Shown here: one piece after another, positions 12,070-24,440 of the stretch
How positions within the stretch are numbered: position 1 is the first letter of the stretch
Layout of the letters: the number at the start of each line of letters is the position of its first letter
DNA from: Scyliorhinus canicula
Lineage: Eukaryota
Direction of reading: 5' to 3'
Length of the DNA: 64,000 nt
Assembly: GCF_902713615.1 (NCBI RefSeq)
Contig: NW_024055728.1
Span: 4,995,367 to 5,059,366, forward strand
The notes under the pieces: generated by a model
Told to the model about the DNA's origin: nothing
What the model saw: only the letters and a program-made list of their open reading frames with translations
The model's database searches: none
Translations under genes and position numbers: made by a program

Positions 12070-13446
12070 AGGTGAGCCTTTTGTCAGTGGTAGGGAAATT
12101 ACTAGAGATAATTCTTCGAGACAGAATCTACTCCCATTTGGAAGCAAATTGTCGTATTAGTGAGAGCCAGCATGGTTTTGTGAAGGGGAGGTCGTTTCTC
12201 ACTAACTTGATATATTTTTTACAAGAGGTCACAAAGATGATTGATGCAGGTAGGGTAGTGTATGTTGTCTATATGGATTTCAGGAAGTCCTTTGATACGG
12301 TCCCTAATGGAAGACTGGTACAAAAGGTGAAGTCACACTGGATCAAGGGTGAGCTGGCAAGATGGATAAAGAACTGGCTCGACCACAGAAGACAGAGAGT
12401 AGCAATGGATGGGTGTTTTTCTGATTGGAGGGCTGGGACTAGTGGTGTTCCACAGGGATCAGTGCTGGGACCTTTGCTGTTTGTAGTATATATAAATGAT
12501 GTGGAGAAAAATGTAACTGGTCTGATTAGTAATTTTGCAGACGACACAAGGATTGGTGGAATTGCGGATGGCGATGAGGACTGTCAGAGGATACAGCAGG
12601 ATTTAGATTGTTTGGAGACTGGCGGAGAGCTGGCAGGTGGAGTTTTATCCGGACAAATGTGATGCATTTTGGAAGGTCTAATGCATGTAAGGATTATACA
12701 GAGAATGGAAGAACCCTCAAGGGTATTGACAGTCAGAGACATCTTGGTGTACAGGTCCACAGGTCACTGAAAAGGGCAATATAGGTGGACAAGGTTGTCA
12801 ATAAGGCATACGGCATATTTGCCTTCAATGGCCGGGGCATTGAGTATAAGCATTAGCAACTCATGTTGCAGCTGTATAGAACATTAGTTAGGCCACACGG
12901 AGAAGGTGTTCAATTCTGGTCGCCACACTACCAGAAGGATGTGGAGGCTTTAGAGAGGGAGCAGAAGAGATGAACCAGGATGTTGCCTGCTATGAAGGGC
13001 ATTAGCTATGAGGAGTGGTTGAATCAACTCGGTTTATTCTCACTCGAACGTCGGAGGTTGAGGGGCGACCTGATAGACGTTTACATAATTATGAGGGGCA
13101 TAGTCAGCGGATAGTCAGAGGCTTTTTCCCAGGGAAGAGGGGTGAATTACAAAGGGGCATAGTTTTAACGTGCGGGGGGCAAGGTTTAAGAGGAGATGAA
13201 CGAGGCAAGTTTTTTTGCACAGATGGTAGTGGGTGCCTGGAACTCGCTGCCGGAAGACGTGGTGGAAGCAGGGACGATAGTGACGTTTAAGGGGCATTTG
13301 ACAAATCCATGAATCGAATGGGAATTGAGCGACACGGACCCAGGAAGTATAGACAATTTTAATTTTGACGAGCAACATGATCGGCACAGACTTGAAGGGT
13401 CTAAGGTTCTGTCCCTGTACTGTACTTTTCTCTGTTCTTTGTTCAT
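12070..13446 (+). mobile_element. 5'-truncated CR1 LINE (RT to 3' tail)
   Basis: [33 protein letters not shown] and FADD motifs; tail ctgtacttttctctgttctttgttc. Confidence 0.93.
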
Positions 13447-13740
13447 GCCTTGGGATGGTGTCTACTTGTGCTTCATCATTCAACCTGAAACGTGCAGAGA
13501 AACGGCCTTAAGGATAAAATCACTATGATTCAAACAAACCTTACAAGTTACATGTAAACATACTGGTATTTTCAACTGTTAGTTGAATAAAAGCCGGTTA
13601 AGGGCAATACCCGTGGGTCTGAGTGCTGTCTACTGTGTGGAGAAAGAGAAGTTGGATTAATAATGGGATGACTGCCAGATAGATGGCGCTCCGGCGGTTT
13701 ATGCATGGTAAAAGCCTGAGGGTGTAGAACTTGTCTGGTG

Positions 13741-13850
13741 TCAGAATGAAATAACATTGCTTTCCACCAGCATTGTTGTGTTGTCCCGCTGGGTTGCAAC
13801 AGATGCGCCCTCAGGGTCAGGAGACTCAGAATGAGTACTGGAAGGATTTC
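13741..13850 (-). CDS. Candidate terminal coding exon ([15 protein letters not shown]...ESNVISF*)
   Basis: Phase-1 acceptor gagcag with a weak pyrimidine tract, Ser/Pro/Glu-rich open frame, TGA at 13741-13743. The stronger upstream acceptor ttgttcag would give an immediate stop instead. Confidence 0.45.
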
Positions 13851-16800
13851 CTGCTCGGTGTTTTACACTGAACAAGGATAAGCTTATTTGATGAATCAAC
13901 TCATTATTTGCGAAATGTAATTGTGCCGAATGACAACAGAAACTGACATTAACACGGTTCTGTGCCACATCCGGCTGGAATGGACTACATATACAGTAAT
14001 CATTTATCGTCACAATTATGAAGTTAATGTGAAAAGCCATTCGTCGCCACATTCCGGCGCTTGTTCGGGTAAGCTGGTATGGGAATTGAACCAGCGCTGC
14101 TGGCCTTATTCTGCATTGCTAACTAGCTATCTAACCCACTGAGATAAACCAGCCCCTTACATGAAATGAATTGAAATGAAATGGAAATCGCTTATTGTTA
14201 CAAGTAGGCTTCAAATGAAGTTACTGTGAGAAGCCCCCAGTCGCCACATTCCGGCGCATGTTCGTGGAGGCTGGTACGGGAATTCCCTGCAAACGACATG
14301 GTATGGGAATCCCCTGCACCCTCTCGCTTGCCCATTGCTGCCACATGGAACTCGGCTGTGGGACGCATCAAAGGCTTATCTCACCCAGAGTAGAGGCATC
14401 ACCACCAGAAATTGTCAGCGTTGAAAGATCAGCAGCAGCGAGATCGAGAAGTAAGTGTCGGCGCCTGGAGTCAACAGTTTCTGCCTCAATGTCATCATCA
14501 ACGTCTGTAAGCGAACAGAGAAGAGAATGGTAATTTTCACTGCAGCTAATTATACTTCTTGAATAATCAGGATGATTCCCTAGAATGGTAATCCACCAAC
14601 AAAGAGAAAGGCAGAGAGTGGACTATTTTGGTCTGCAGGATCAGTGAGTTTATCGATTGGAAAATCATTGTGCCACGTCAACTTTGCATTTTTATTTTGT
14701 GGTTTATTGTCACTGGATTCCAACGAATGACGGTAACATTTTGAGAGGTGGTGGCAGAGCGGTGTCATAGAATAGAATTTACAGTGCAGAATGAGGCCAT
14801 TCGGCACCTTACCTAAGGTCAACACCTCCACCCTATCCCCATAACCCAGTAACCCCACCCAAAACTAAGGGCAATTTTGGTCACTAAGGGTTATTTATCA
14901 TGTCCAATCCACCTAACTGCATATCGTTGGACTGTGGGAGGAAACCGGTGCACCCAGAGGAAACCGACGCACACACGGGGAGGAGGTGCAAACTCCACAC
15001 ACACAGAGACCCACGGCGGAATCAAACCTGGGACCCTGGAGCTGTGAAGCGATTGTGCTCTCCACAATGCTACCGTGTCACAACACAAATAGTTCTCTAG
15101 AACCCCAGGGTCATCGGTACATACCCGTTTTCGATCACCCGATGGCACAGAGTGAAATTTGAATTAAATAAATAATAGAAATTTAATGTCCAATGTGTAT
15201 TAAATAATCTGCTTCATTCCTGCCCCCTGTCCCATGAGGGAGAGCAATCAGCCACCTTGATCTGCTTTGCCGCACATGTGAATCTAGATTTAAATAATTC
15301 CGTTTAATCATGAATTCCCGCTAAAATTGTCAGGGCAGGCCCGTTCGGGATGGACAATAACATATGGTCGGGTCAGGGATAAATGAATGCAAGTCAAATA
15401 AATATCTGCGCCCACATTTCACTTCTCACTTCCTGGGGGAAAACTACATGAATGGAATGTTTTATATCTCTGTACAACATTCAGCGATCTCTATGAAGTT
15501 CATTTCGTCATAAAGTATGTTTGCCGATTTGCTTAAGTTAAATTAAAAACTTCTCCAGGATGTGGATCATTGCTCTTTGCGATATTTACATTCTTATTCT
15601 GGATTGAAAGTGTGAACATATCAACTAGAAATTGAGAATCCACCCATCGTGAACACTAGCCGATTGCCAGTTACCGTTTTCTGATTCAGAATCCGTGTCA
15701 CCCAAACTGTGACTGGTGTAATATTCGATCTGATTCAGGGAGTCAATGGAAGCAGAATCTGTTGAAGACAAAGGACAATGGATTATAATTGTATATATAG
15801 ATCACCTGGAAACACTTTAGTGGAAAACAACACAGATACATTGTGTTCCTTGGAGGAGAGATAACAATCATTTCACAGTGCCCATATAATTCCCTGGTGT
15901 TTGTGAATAAACAAGATGTTGGGAACAGTCACAGTGGGCAATTCAGTGAGAAGAGGAAGATTCAGCAGCATCAGATCAGGACAACCGGAGATAAACAATA
16001 CATTTAGCTGCAATCCTGTAATAGGCAGGATAACACATAGTGCATCCCAATTAGTAATGTAGTGTATTGTGTAACAGAAAAATATATATAATTTCAAATA
16101 TAACCCATTATTACAATATCCGTTTGCAGGCTTTCATTCTCCAGAATCATATCCTGACCCCAACGATCTCCCTCACTTTTATTTTAGAGCACTTAAATGG
16201 TGACTGGGGAAAGAATTATCTCCGGTAAAATCAGAAGAATTTTTTCTTCTCACGTCAGTTATTCTGGAATGCGCCCGTGGAGCATCTTTGCAATTGGTTT
16301 GCACAAGCCCCTGTTAGTTTTTATTTGAATTTGATAACATTCAGACCAGAACCGTAGCCAAATCTCCAAATGCTACCTAACAGATATTGTTTGGTGGTTC
16401 TGCTTAACGTCTTTAAATCACAATCACATCAATCTCGAAATAAATGCTTACGTTTGTTTTAATTTTGATGGTGTCGTTATCTGTACCTATATATTTAGTG
16501 TTTAGTATATTTGTACACCGAAATCACTTTGTTCAACAATCCAATTAGATTTCTCTCCAGCATTATGTAACATCCAGATTATTATTGCCAAGATGTAAAT
16601 CATTCAAAGTACGTATGTCGACATGCATTTGGTAATTGTACGTGAAGACTGCAAGTGTTTCATGTTGCATCAACAAGGTGTGTGTTGTTCACTGGTTTAG
16701 ATACATCAGGAAGCCATTGGGCTGAGGAAATGCAAATAAGAACAAACGCTCAGGTCGCTATTTACTAAGAAGTGGAACACAAAACACCCTTGCAGCAAAA

Positions 16801-19800
16801 ATGGGCAGAAACAATCTTCACCAATTCCATTGTTCTTCTCGTTGTGTACAGAACACTGAAATGACGCTGTTGCATACGAGCACTTTCAATGGTGTTACAA
16901 TTAAACAGTAACTTGTCCGGTGTATAGTGCATTTAAAATTGAAAATGCAAACCTGATGCACGGGTATGGATTGACTCCTTTCCAGGAGGGATATTGTCAA
17001 TTTCTTCATAAATTGCCGGTTCCAAAGCTACTGGTGAAACCCAGTCGCCAGTTACGACACCTGGTGGAATGAAAACGGAGCGTTTCATTTGTTGCATTGC
17101 ACCGCCTTTAGTATTTGTGAATGAAAATAAAGAAAGTTTCAAAGCGACGATAATCAAGAGACCAAAACAGTTAACTTGAATGTGATGGTATGTTATTACA
17201 TAATTTTATCCTGCGTGTCTGAGACATGGAGATACAACGAGTTGGAGAGTTCGCGAGCAAGGGAGAGAGAAAGGGAGATACATTTCGTGTCTCGGCGAGT
17301 GAACCAGTGACTGCCTGTGGGTGTCTGAGATTGAGTGCCGGTGCGAGTTACTGTTTTGTGTGAGTGGGAGAGCGAGCGAGAGCGGGAGAGAAAGATAGAC
17401 TGGCGTCGATGTCTCTGCAAGTGTGTGAGTGAGCACATATGTTTGTGAGGGAGCGACTGGCGATGTTTATGTCTATGTGCCTATTCGACAGAGAGCAGAA
17501 GAGAAAACAAGACACGAAGAGCGTGTGTGTATGTCCATCTGTGCAAGTAAGTCAGTGCGTGTGTGTGGGTGTACGTGAGTGTGCGTGTGAGTGTGTGTGC
17601 GTGTCTTTATGTGAGTGTAACTGTATATGTTGCTATTTTTGTCATCGTGCGAGAGGGAAAAAGAGATAACCTGTTCCCGAGTGTCNNNNNNNNNNNNNNN
17701 NNNNNNNNNNNNNNNNNNNNNNNNNNNNNNNNNNNNNNNNNNNNNNNNNNNNNNNNNNNNNNNNNNNNNNNNNNNNNNNNNNNNNNNNNNNNNNNNNNNN
17801 NNNNNNNNNNNNNNNNNNNNNNNNNNNNNNNNNNNNNNNNNNNNNNNNNNNNNNNNNNNNNNNNNNNNNNNNNNNNNNNNNNNNNNNNNNNNNNNNNNNN
17901 NNNNNNNNNNNNNNNNNNNNNNNNNNNNNNNNNNNNNNNNNNNNNNNNNNNNNNNNNNNNNNNNNNNNNNNNNNNNNNNNNNNNNNNNNNNNNNNNNNNN
18001 NNNNNNNNNNNNNNNNNNNNNNNNNNNNNNNNNNNNNNNNNNNNNNNNNNNNNNNNNNNNNNNNNNNNNNNNNNNNNNNNNNNNNNNNNNNNNNNNNNNN
18101 NNNNNNNNNNNNNNNNNNNNNNNNNNNNNNNNNNNNNNNAGGGAGACAGCGTTTCTGAGCGTTTCTCTGTGTGTGAATGAACAGGTTTGAGGAAATAATA
18201 CGATAATGTGTAACGAAGTAAATCTATGACTGCTTGTATATGTCTATGTGAGACAGTGTGAATTTCAGAGATAATATGTGCGTGTTGAAACGAGTATGTG
18301 TGACTTATTGTATGTGTGGAAGAGGGAATGAGTATGTTTTGGTGTGTGATAGAGTGTGAGTGAGAGGTAGTGTGCATGGGTATTTGTTGGTGTGTGTATA
18401 TGCACATGAGCAAATTAGTGAGACAGCGTGTACGTGAGTGAGTCATTTCATAAGTGCATGAGAGTGAGTGCGAGCGTGTGTATTTGTGTTTGTTTTCAGG
18501 AGAGATGAGTTATGGACGTGTGTGCAAGTGAAACTGCATGTGTGAAAACAGTCTCTGTGTGTAAGAGGCCGGGTGAGTGTGCTTGTAGCAGTGTCTGTAT
18601 GCGTGTGAGCGAGCATGAGGGACAAATATATAGATTTGGAGAGAGACCATTTGTACCATTAGACATGAATGAGTTAGTGAGTGTGTGCATGTGTGTATAT
18701 TCGTGCATGTGTGTGAATGCGTACATGAGTGAGTATATAACCAGGGGCTGGTTCAGCTCACTCAGCTAAATCGCTGGCTTTTAAAGCAGACCAAGCAGGC
18801 CAGCAGCACGGTTCGATTTCCGTACCAGCCTCCCCGGACAGGCGCCGGAATGTGGCGACTTGGGGCTTTTCACAGTAACTTCATTGAAGCCTACTCGTGA
18901 CAATAAGCGATTTTCATCTCGTTTTTGATATAGGGTACATGGGTGTGCGTACATGCGCACATATGTCTGTATATGCATACATGCATGTATATGTGGTACA
19001 TGTATGTGTATATGCATACATGTGTCTGTGTGTATGCGTACATATGTGTGTGTATAGGCGGACATGAGCGTGGAGATCTCTAACTGTGCAGGTCGTTTTT
19101 TGTACCATTGTATGAGAGAGATGTGTTCTGAATCTGTACATATTTATCTGAATCCAAAGAGATGACATATAAGTTAAAATGACTTAATTTAATATTCGGG
19201 AAAGATCGATTGGTTCTGATTGACATGGGAATATATTGGAAGAGACATTGACATAAACCGTGATTGATCGCTGACGACAGCATCAGGTGGGAAACACGAT
19301 TGAGGTGGTGATGTTGCCGAAAGTGACACATCTGCGTGAGAACAAATTTGTCCTTTACTTCGAACGGCAGGTTGTTGATGTTTGGGATATTAGTGCAATA
19401 ATTGCGTTAGGATGCGGAATAATCATTGACTAATTCAGCAAATTACAAATAATTGCCATATTGCAGATATAGTACATAGACATAGAACATAGAGCGCAGA
19501 AGGAAACCATTCAGCACATCGAGTCTGCACCGCCCACTTAAGCCCTCACACACCCTCCCCCCGTAACCTGGTAACCCCTCCTAACCTTTTTCAGTCAATA
19601 AGGGCTAGTTGTCATTGCCAATTCACCGCACCCGGACGTCTTTGGACTGTGGAAGGAAACCGGATGACCTGGAGGAAACCCACGCAGACACGGGGAGAAC
19701 GTGCAGACTCCGCACAGACAGTGACCCAGCGGGGAATCTAACCTGGAACCCTGGCGCTGTGAAGCCACAGTGCTAATCACTTGTGCTACCGTGGTGTTGA

Positions 19801-22800
19801 TGGATTCCGGTCAGGGAGCTCGAGGTTAGCAACCTTACCGACAACCTGCACTAGTGGAACGGATACACACGTATAAATGACCTAATTGAATAAAGGAAGA
19901 AGAGTGATTAGAATCGGATCACAGGAGCCAGAACGGTTTACTGAAATTTTCTGATCCAAGGCAGGAGCATCTTATGTACGGGCAGATTAACTGCGAACTA
20001 GAATTTGCACATTTAGGCAACTGAGTCGACTACTGACGTGAACAAAACCAATGAACAAAACCAGATTAAGATTTTAAATCAGCTTCAAACAAGGAGAAGT
20101 GACAGTCTTTTCAAATGGCCAATGAACTAAAGGTTGGTCTGTATATGAATCAATATGCGAGATCCAATATGAATGCACCAGGATAACTGCGACCTCACCT
20201 TTTCTATTTGACTTCTTCCGCATTACCAGCTGCAGTGCGATCAACTCACAGATTAACAGGACTCCCAGGGTAATGCAGATCACTACCGGGGTGTAAGTGG
20301 TTTCTGCTTCCTGTCCTTAATGAAAGGTTAGAAGACGATTTAACACAGGGACGCCAACTGATATTCTTAATGTTTCTAAAGATCTGAAGCCACACATATA
20401 ATCTTAAGAAATTATCAACAACAAGAAAACATCAACAAGAAAAAATCAATACTAGTAGGATGCTAACGCAAATACGAAGGATATGTGTTCGTAATAAGTA
20501 CCTGCAGCTGTGGGAGGAGATCTCTGCGGTAATTCTGGCCATGAGGAATGTATTATGCAAAAGTAATGGACAACACGTTATGAATTTCCTTGAAATAAAA
20601 CATGCGTTTTATTTTTCCGAAGAGTTATATCAAACACCACAAATTCCAAGCCTCCCGTTCCGCAACAACGCCCACCATCCCTTGTGCCGTACCCTTACCA
20701 GAACAAATCACACTAGCATCTTCCTTGTGATGACAATCAGGTTGATTTGCGGCTGAGGATGGACAGTCAGAGAGGATGGATTCGCTTCCGGTGCACCTCA
20801 CCTCATCGAGCCAGACAGCACCGTCACCCGTGCCGAACGCGGCCCCACCCGGAGCCTGTAGAGCCAGGCCACAATCCAGCTGCCTGCAGACAACATCAGC
20901 ATCGGCCATATCCCAGGAGTCATCACATACAGTGTCCCAGGTGTTATTACACAATATCTCCACTCTCCCGGAACACCTGGTGTTACCTCCAACCAGCCGC
21001 ACCTTCAGCCCGGAACCTGGTAAAGAGATCAGTTATTATTGTCCACATAATAAAAGCCAGGAATACAATTCAAACGAAGTAGATAAAATACAAAATTCCA
21101 AATACCTGTTTGATCAGTGCATTGCCGTGAACTGTGGGGCTCCGTCTCTATCACACTGGATTCTGTTGCGAAAAGAAACATGATGATTCTATTACATACC
21201 AATGTTTACAATGACATCCGAACATCGATCAATGTCTTTCCTGACCTGCTCAGAACTCTGGCAACACCAGGTTGTAGCCCAACAGGTTTATTTGGAATCA
21301 CTTGTTTTCGGAGCGCAGCTACTTCATCAGGGAAGTCATCATCTCTCCCTGATGAAGGAGCTGCGCTCCGAGAGCTAGTGATTTCAAATTGGACTTTAAC
21401 CAGGTGTTGCAAGACTTCGTACTGTTTCCAGTCCAGTCCCAGGCCGGTACTTTCACATAATTTTCTTACCTGAACAGACAACACTTGCATCTTCTCGGTG
21501 ATAACAGTTGTGTTGCCCCCAGGGGTTTGACTGACACTGCCATAGTGTTGACTCATGTGAACCACAGTCTATCTCATCGAGCCAAATCGGACCGGATCCT
21601 TCACCGAATGAGCGAGCGTCATAGTTAATGGACATGTGGGGACCGCACTGTAACTGTTTGCAGATCACTTCAGCATCGCGCTTATCCACATTGTCAGAAC
21701 ACAATGTTCCCCAGATCCCATTGTAAAATATTTCCACTCTCCCCTCACAGCGATGCTTTCCATTCACCAGCCGAAGCTCTTTGTGCTCTATCAATTAAAC
21801 ACACACACACACATGGAGTTAGATTGACTGGTGAATGTTGAACCTACATTGAGTCACACTATACGAATTGCAGTCGTTGTGTTCAGCATTTGCTTTCATT
21901 ACTTCATATCGGTAACAGCAAATGAGCTGAAATTTAATTATACAATCAAGAATGATCGGCACGAATCCCCTCAGCAAACCTTTGCACGACCTCCCGCCGT
22001 TGATCATTTGAAAACTTTGCAGGATGGTTAGCCGGGGAATGCAGCGAAGCTCGGCAGGATGATTATCAACATGATTTCGACCAGGCTCGACACTCTGACT
22101 TATCAATAGAACTTGTTGAAAAATGTTTACAAAACAATGGTAACTTCGGCGAGCAAAATATTGGACCTGGATTGTCCCTGTGGTCGCCGAAAGTGTACAT
22201 TGACATCGAACATTTGGACCATCAATCGGAAAAATTATGTCAAGCTGTAACTGAGGAAACTGAGATGTGTATTCAATGCACAAATGCACAAAATACACAA
22301 AAAACAATAATACACACCAAAGGCCAGGTCAATTGTGAATTTTTGTGGAGCTGTTAAAGATGCTTCATACTCATTGGAAAATAACAGTCGACATTTCGCA
22401 GAGAAAATGCATGTTGTTATACAGAGGGATCTATAGCCCCCCCCCCCTCCGCCCAATTAGTGGAGTTAAATCTATGTTAAGTATGAAAACATTTTGCGCA
22501 CTGCCCAGAGAACCCGATCAAATTAGTACTTGGAATGGGTAACCTTTGTGGAGAATGGTGCCGATGTATTTGAGGAGAACTTAGAACAGTACATAGGAGA
22601 GACAATGAGGAGTTTAAGGAAACATCGAGAGGGGTTTATTAAGTAATATTTTGGGGACAGAGGTGTGCACATGGGATGATCCAAATTGCCAGTTTATCTT
22701 CTCTTTGTTCTTACTTTCTCTCTATCTCTCGCACTCTAATTCACTAAAATATCTTCTGTTCGAATTTTCACTGGGCACTGAAGAATATTCAACTACTGAG

Positions 22801-24408
22801 ATCACATTTACCTGAGCACATGACCTTCACATCTTCTTTATGACTGCAGTCATGACTTCCCCGTGATGCTTTGGGACAATCCCAGAGGAAAGATTCGTTC
22901 CCGAAGCAATCCAGCTCATTCAGCCAAATTGGCCCAGTGCCTGGTCCACAAGAAGCAGGAAGTGTCAGCTGCAATGCATCTCCACAACCCAACTGTTTGC
23001 AAACCAGTCGAGCGGCGGTTAAATCCCAGGAATCATCACAAACTGAGCCCCATTTCTTATTGTAATAAACCTCAACACGGCCAGCACATGGGCTTCCACC
23101 GTCAGCAAGCCTTAGCTGCTTGTGTTCTGATAGAAAGAAATACAGTAAAACATGTTATTCCTCATGTGTATTTCATCATTCAATTTGAACGATATGATGT
23201 GCAGCTCAACTATTTCTGATCCGCCTCTGACATTCGAATAGATAGATTACACAGACCATCGATCTATACTTACCGAAAAGAAAGATTGCTGAATATACAG
23301 ACATTTATAATGCTCCTCCACCTGTCCTCGGCGATGGTCTGTTTCCCACTTTGCCTCTGTGGGCTAAATTCATTTGTTTTTAATATAAATTTGCAATACC
23401 CAATTCATTTTTTTCCAATTAAGTAGCAATTTAGCATGTCCAATCCGCCTGCCCTGCATATATTTGGGTTGTGGGGGCGAAACCCACACAAACAAGGGAA
23501 CAATGGGCAAACTCCACAGGAACAGTGACCTCGAGCCGGGGACGGCGTCGTGAGGCAGTAGTGCGAACCCACTGCTCCACCGTGCTGCCTTGTGGGCTGC
23601 ATTCTGGTTGTACAGTTTTACCAGCAACTGCATGTGTTCTTATTAATCACGCCACTTACACTCTTTTGATTTAACAACTTCCAATGTTCCTTTTTGCTGC
23701 GCATTTCTGTCACGTGAACTTCACGTGATCTCTCCACTCAGTAGTTCACATTGGGAAAAATCAGAAATTTCTCAAAATATACAGCATCTGTGAAGAGATC
23801 ACCGGAGTTGAACTTTCAGGCCGTGACCTTCTCTAGAAACTCAACCCATCTACTGCTGAGATGTTCATCAGAGCCTTAATGTTATGTACTGGGGGATCGT
23901 GAAAGCTCGGTAAAAGGAGAGAGTATTTACACTTAGTGGAGAATATAGAACTACGTGGATATTTTAAATTAAGTGTAATCCACGTATCTAACTGAAGTTC
24001 ACGAGTCGTTGGGAATTTCTATCTGTAAAGAAGCGGAGTGTTTGTATTTTTATGACAGAGATAGATTCTATCTTGATAAACAAGGAGGTGAAATGGTATC
24101 TGAACGAGGCAGGAGGCAGCTATAAGACCATTATTGATCTTATTAAATATCAGCGCGGACTCGATGGACCGGGTTGCCGACTCCTCCTAATTGGTCTGTT
24201 TCCATGTTGACTGATATTCCGCTGTACAGTGCAGTGGAGGGGGAATGGACGGGAGGGGGGGGGGGAGTGATGGCGATATCGAGGGTAGTAGAGGCAACGA
24301 GAGCAAATAAGTGAGAGGCGGGGAGAGATACAAAGATCGAAGAGAGAGAGCGAGAAATAGAGAAAGCGAGAGAGAGCGAGAGAGCGACCGAGAGGGAGAG
24401 AGGGTGAA

Positions 24409-24440
<32 letters not shown>

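Noticed and set aside
17563-18446. Long ORFs spanning N runs (also 25448-26204)
   Set aside because: Artefacts of assembly gaps and microsatellites
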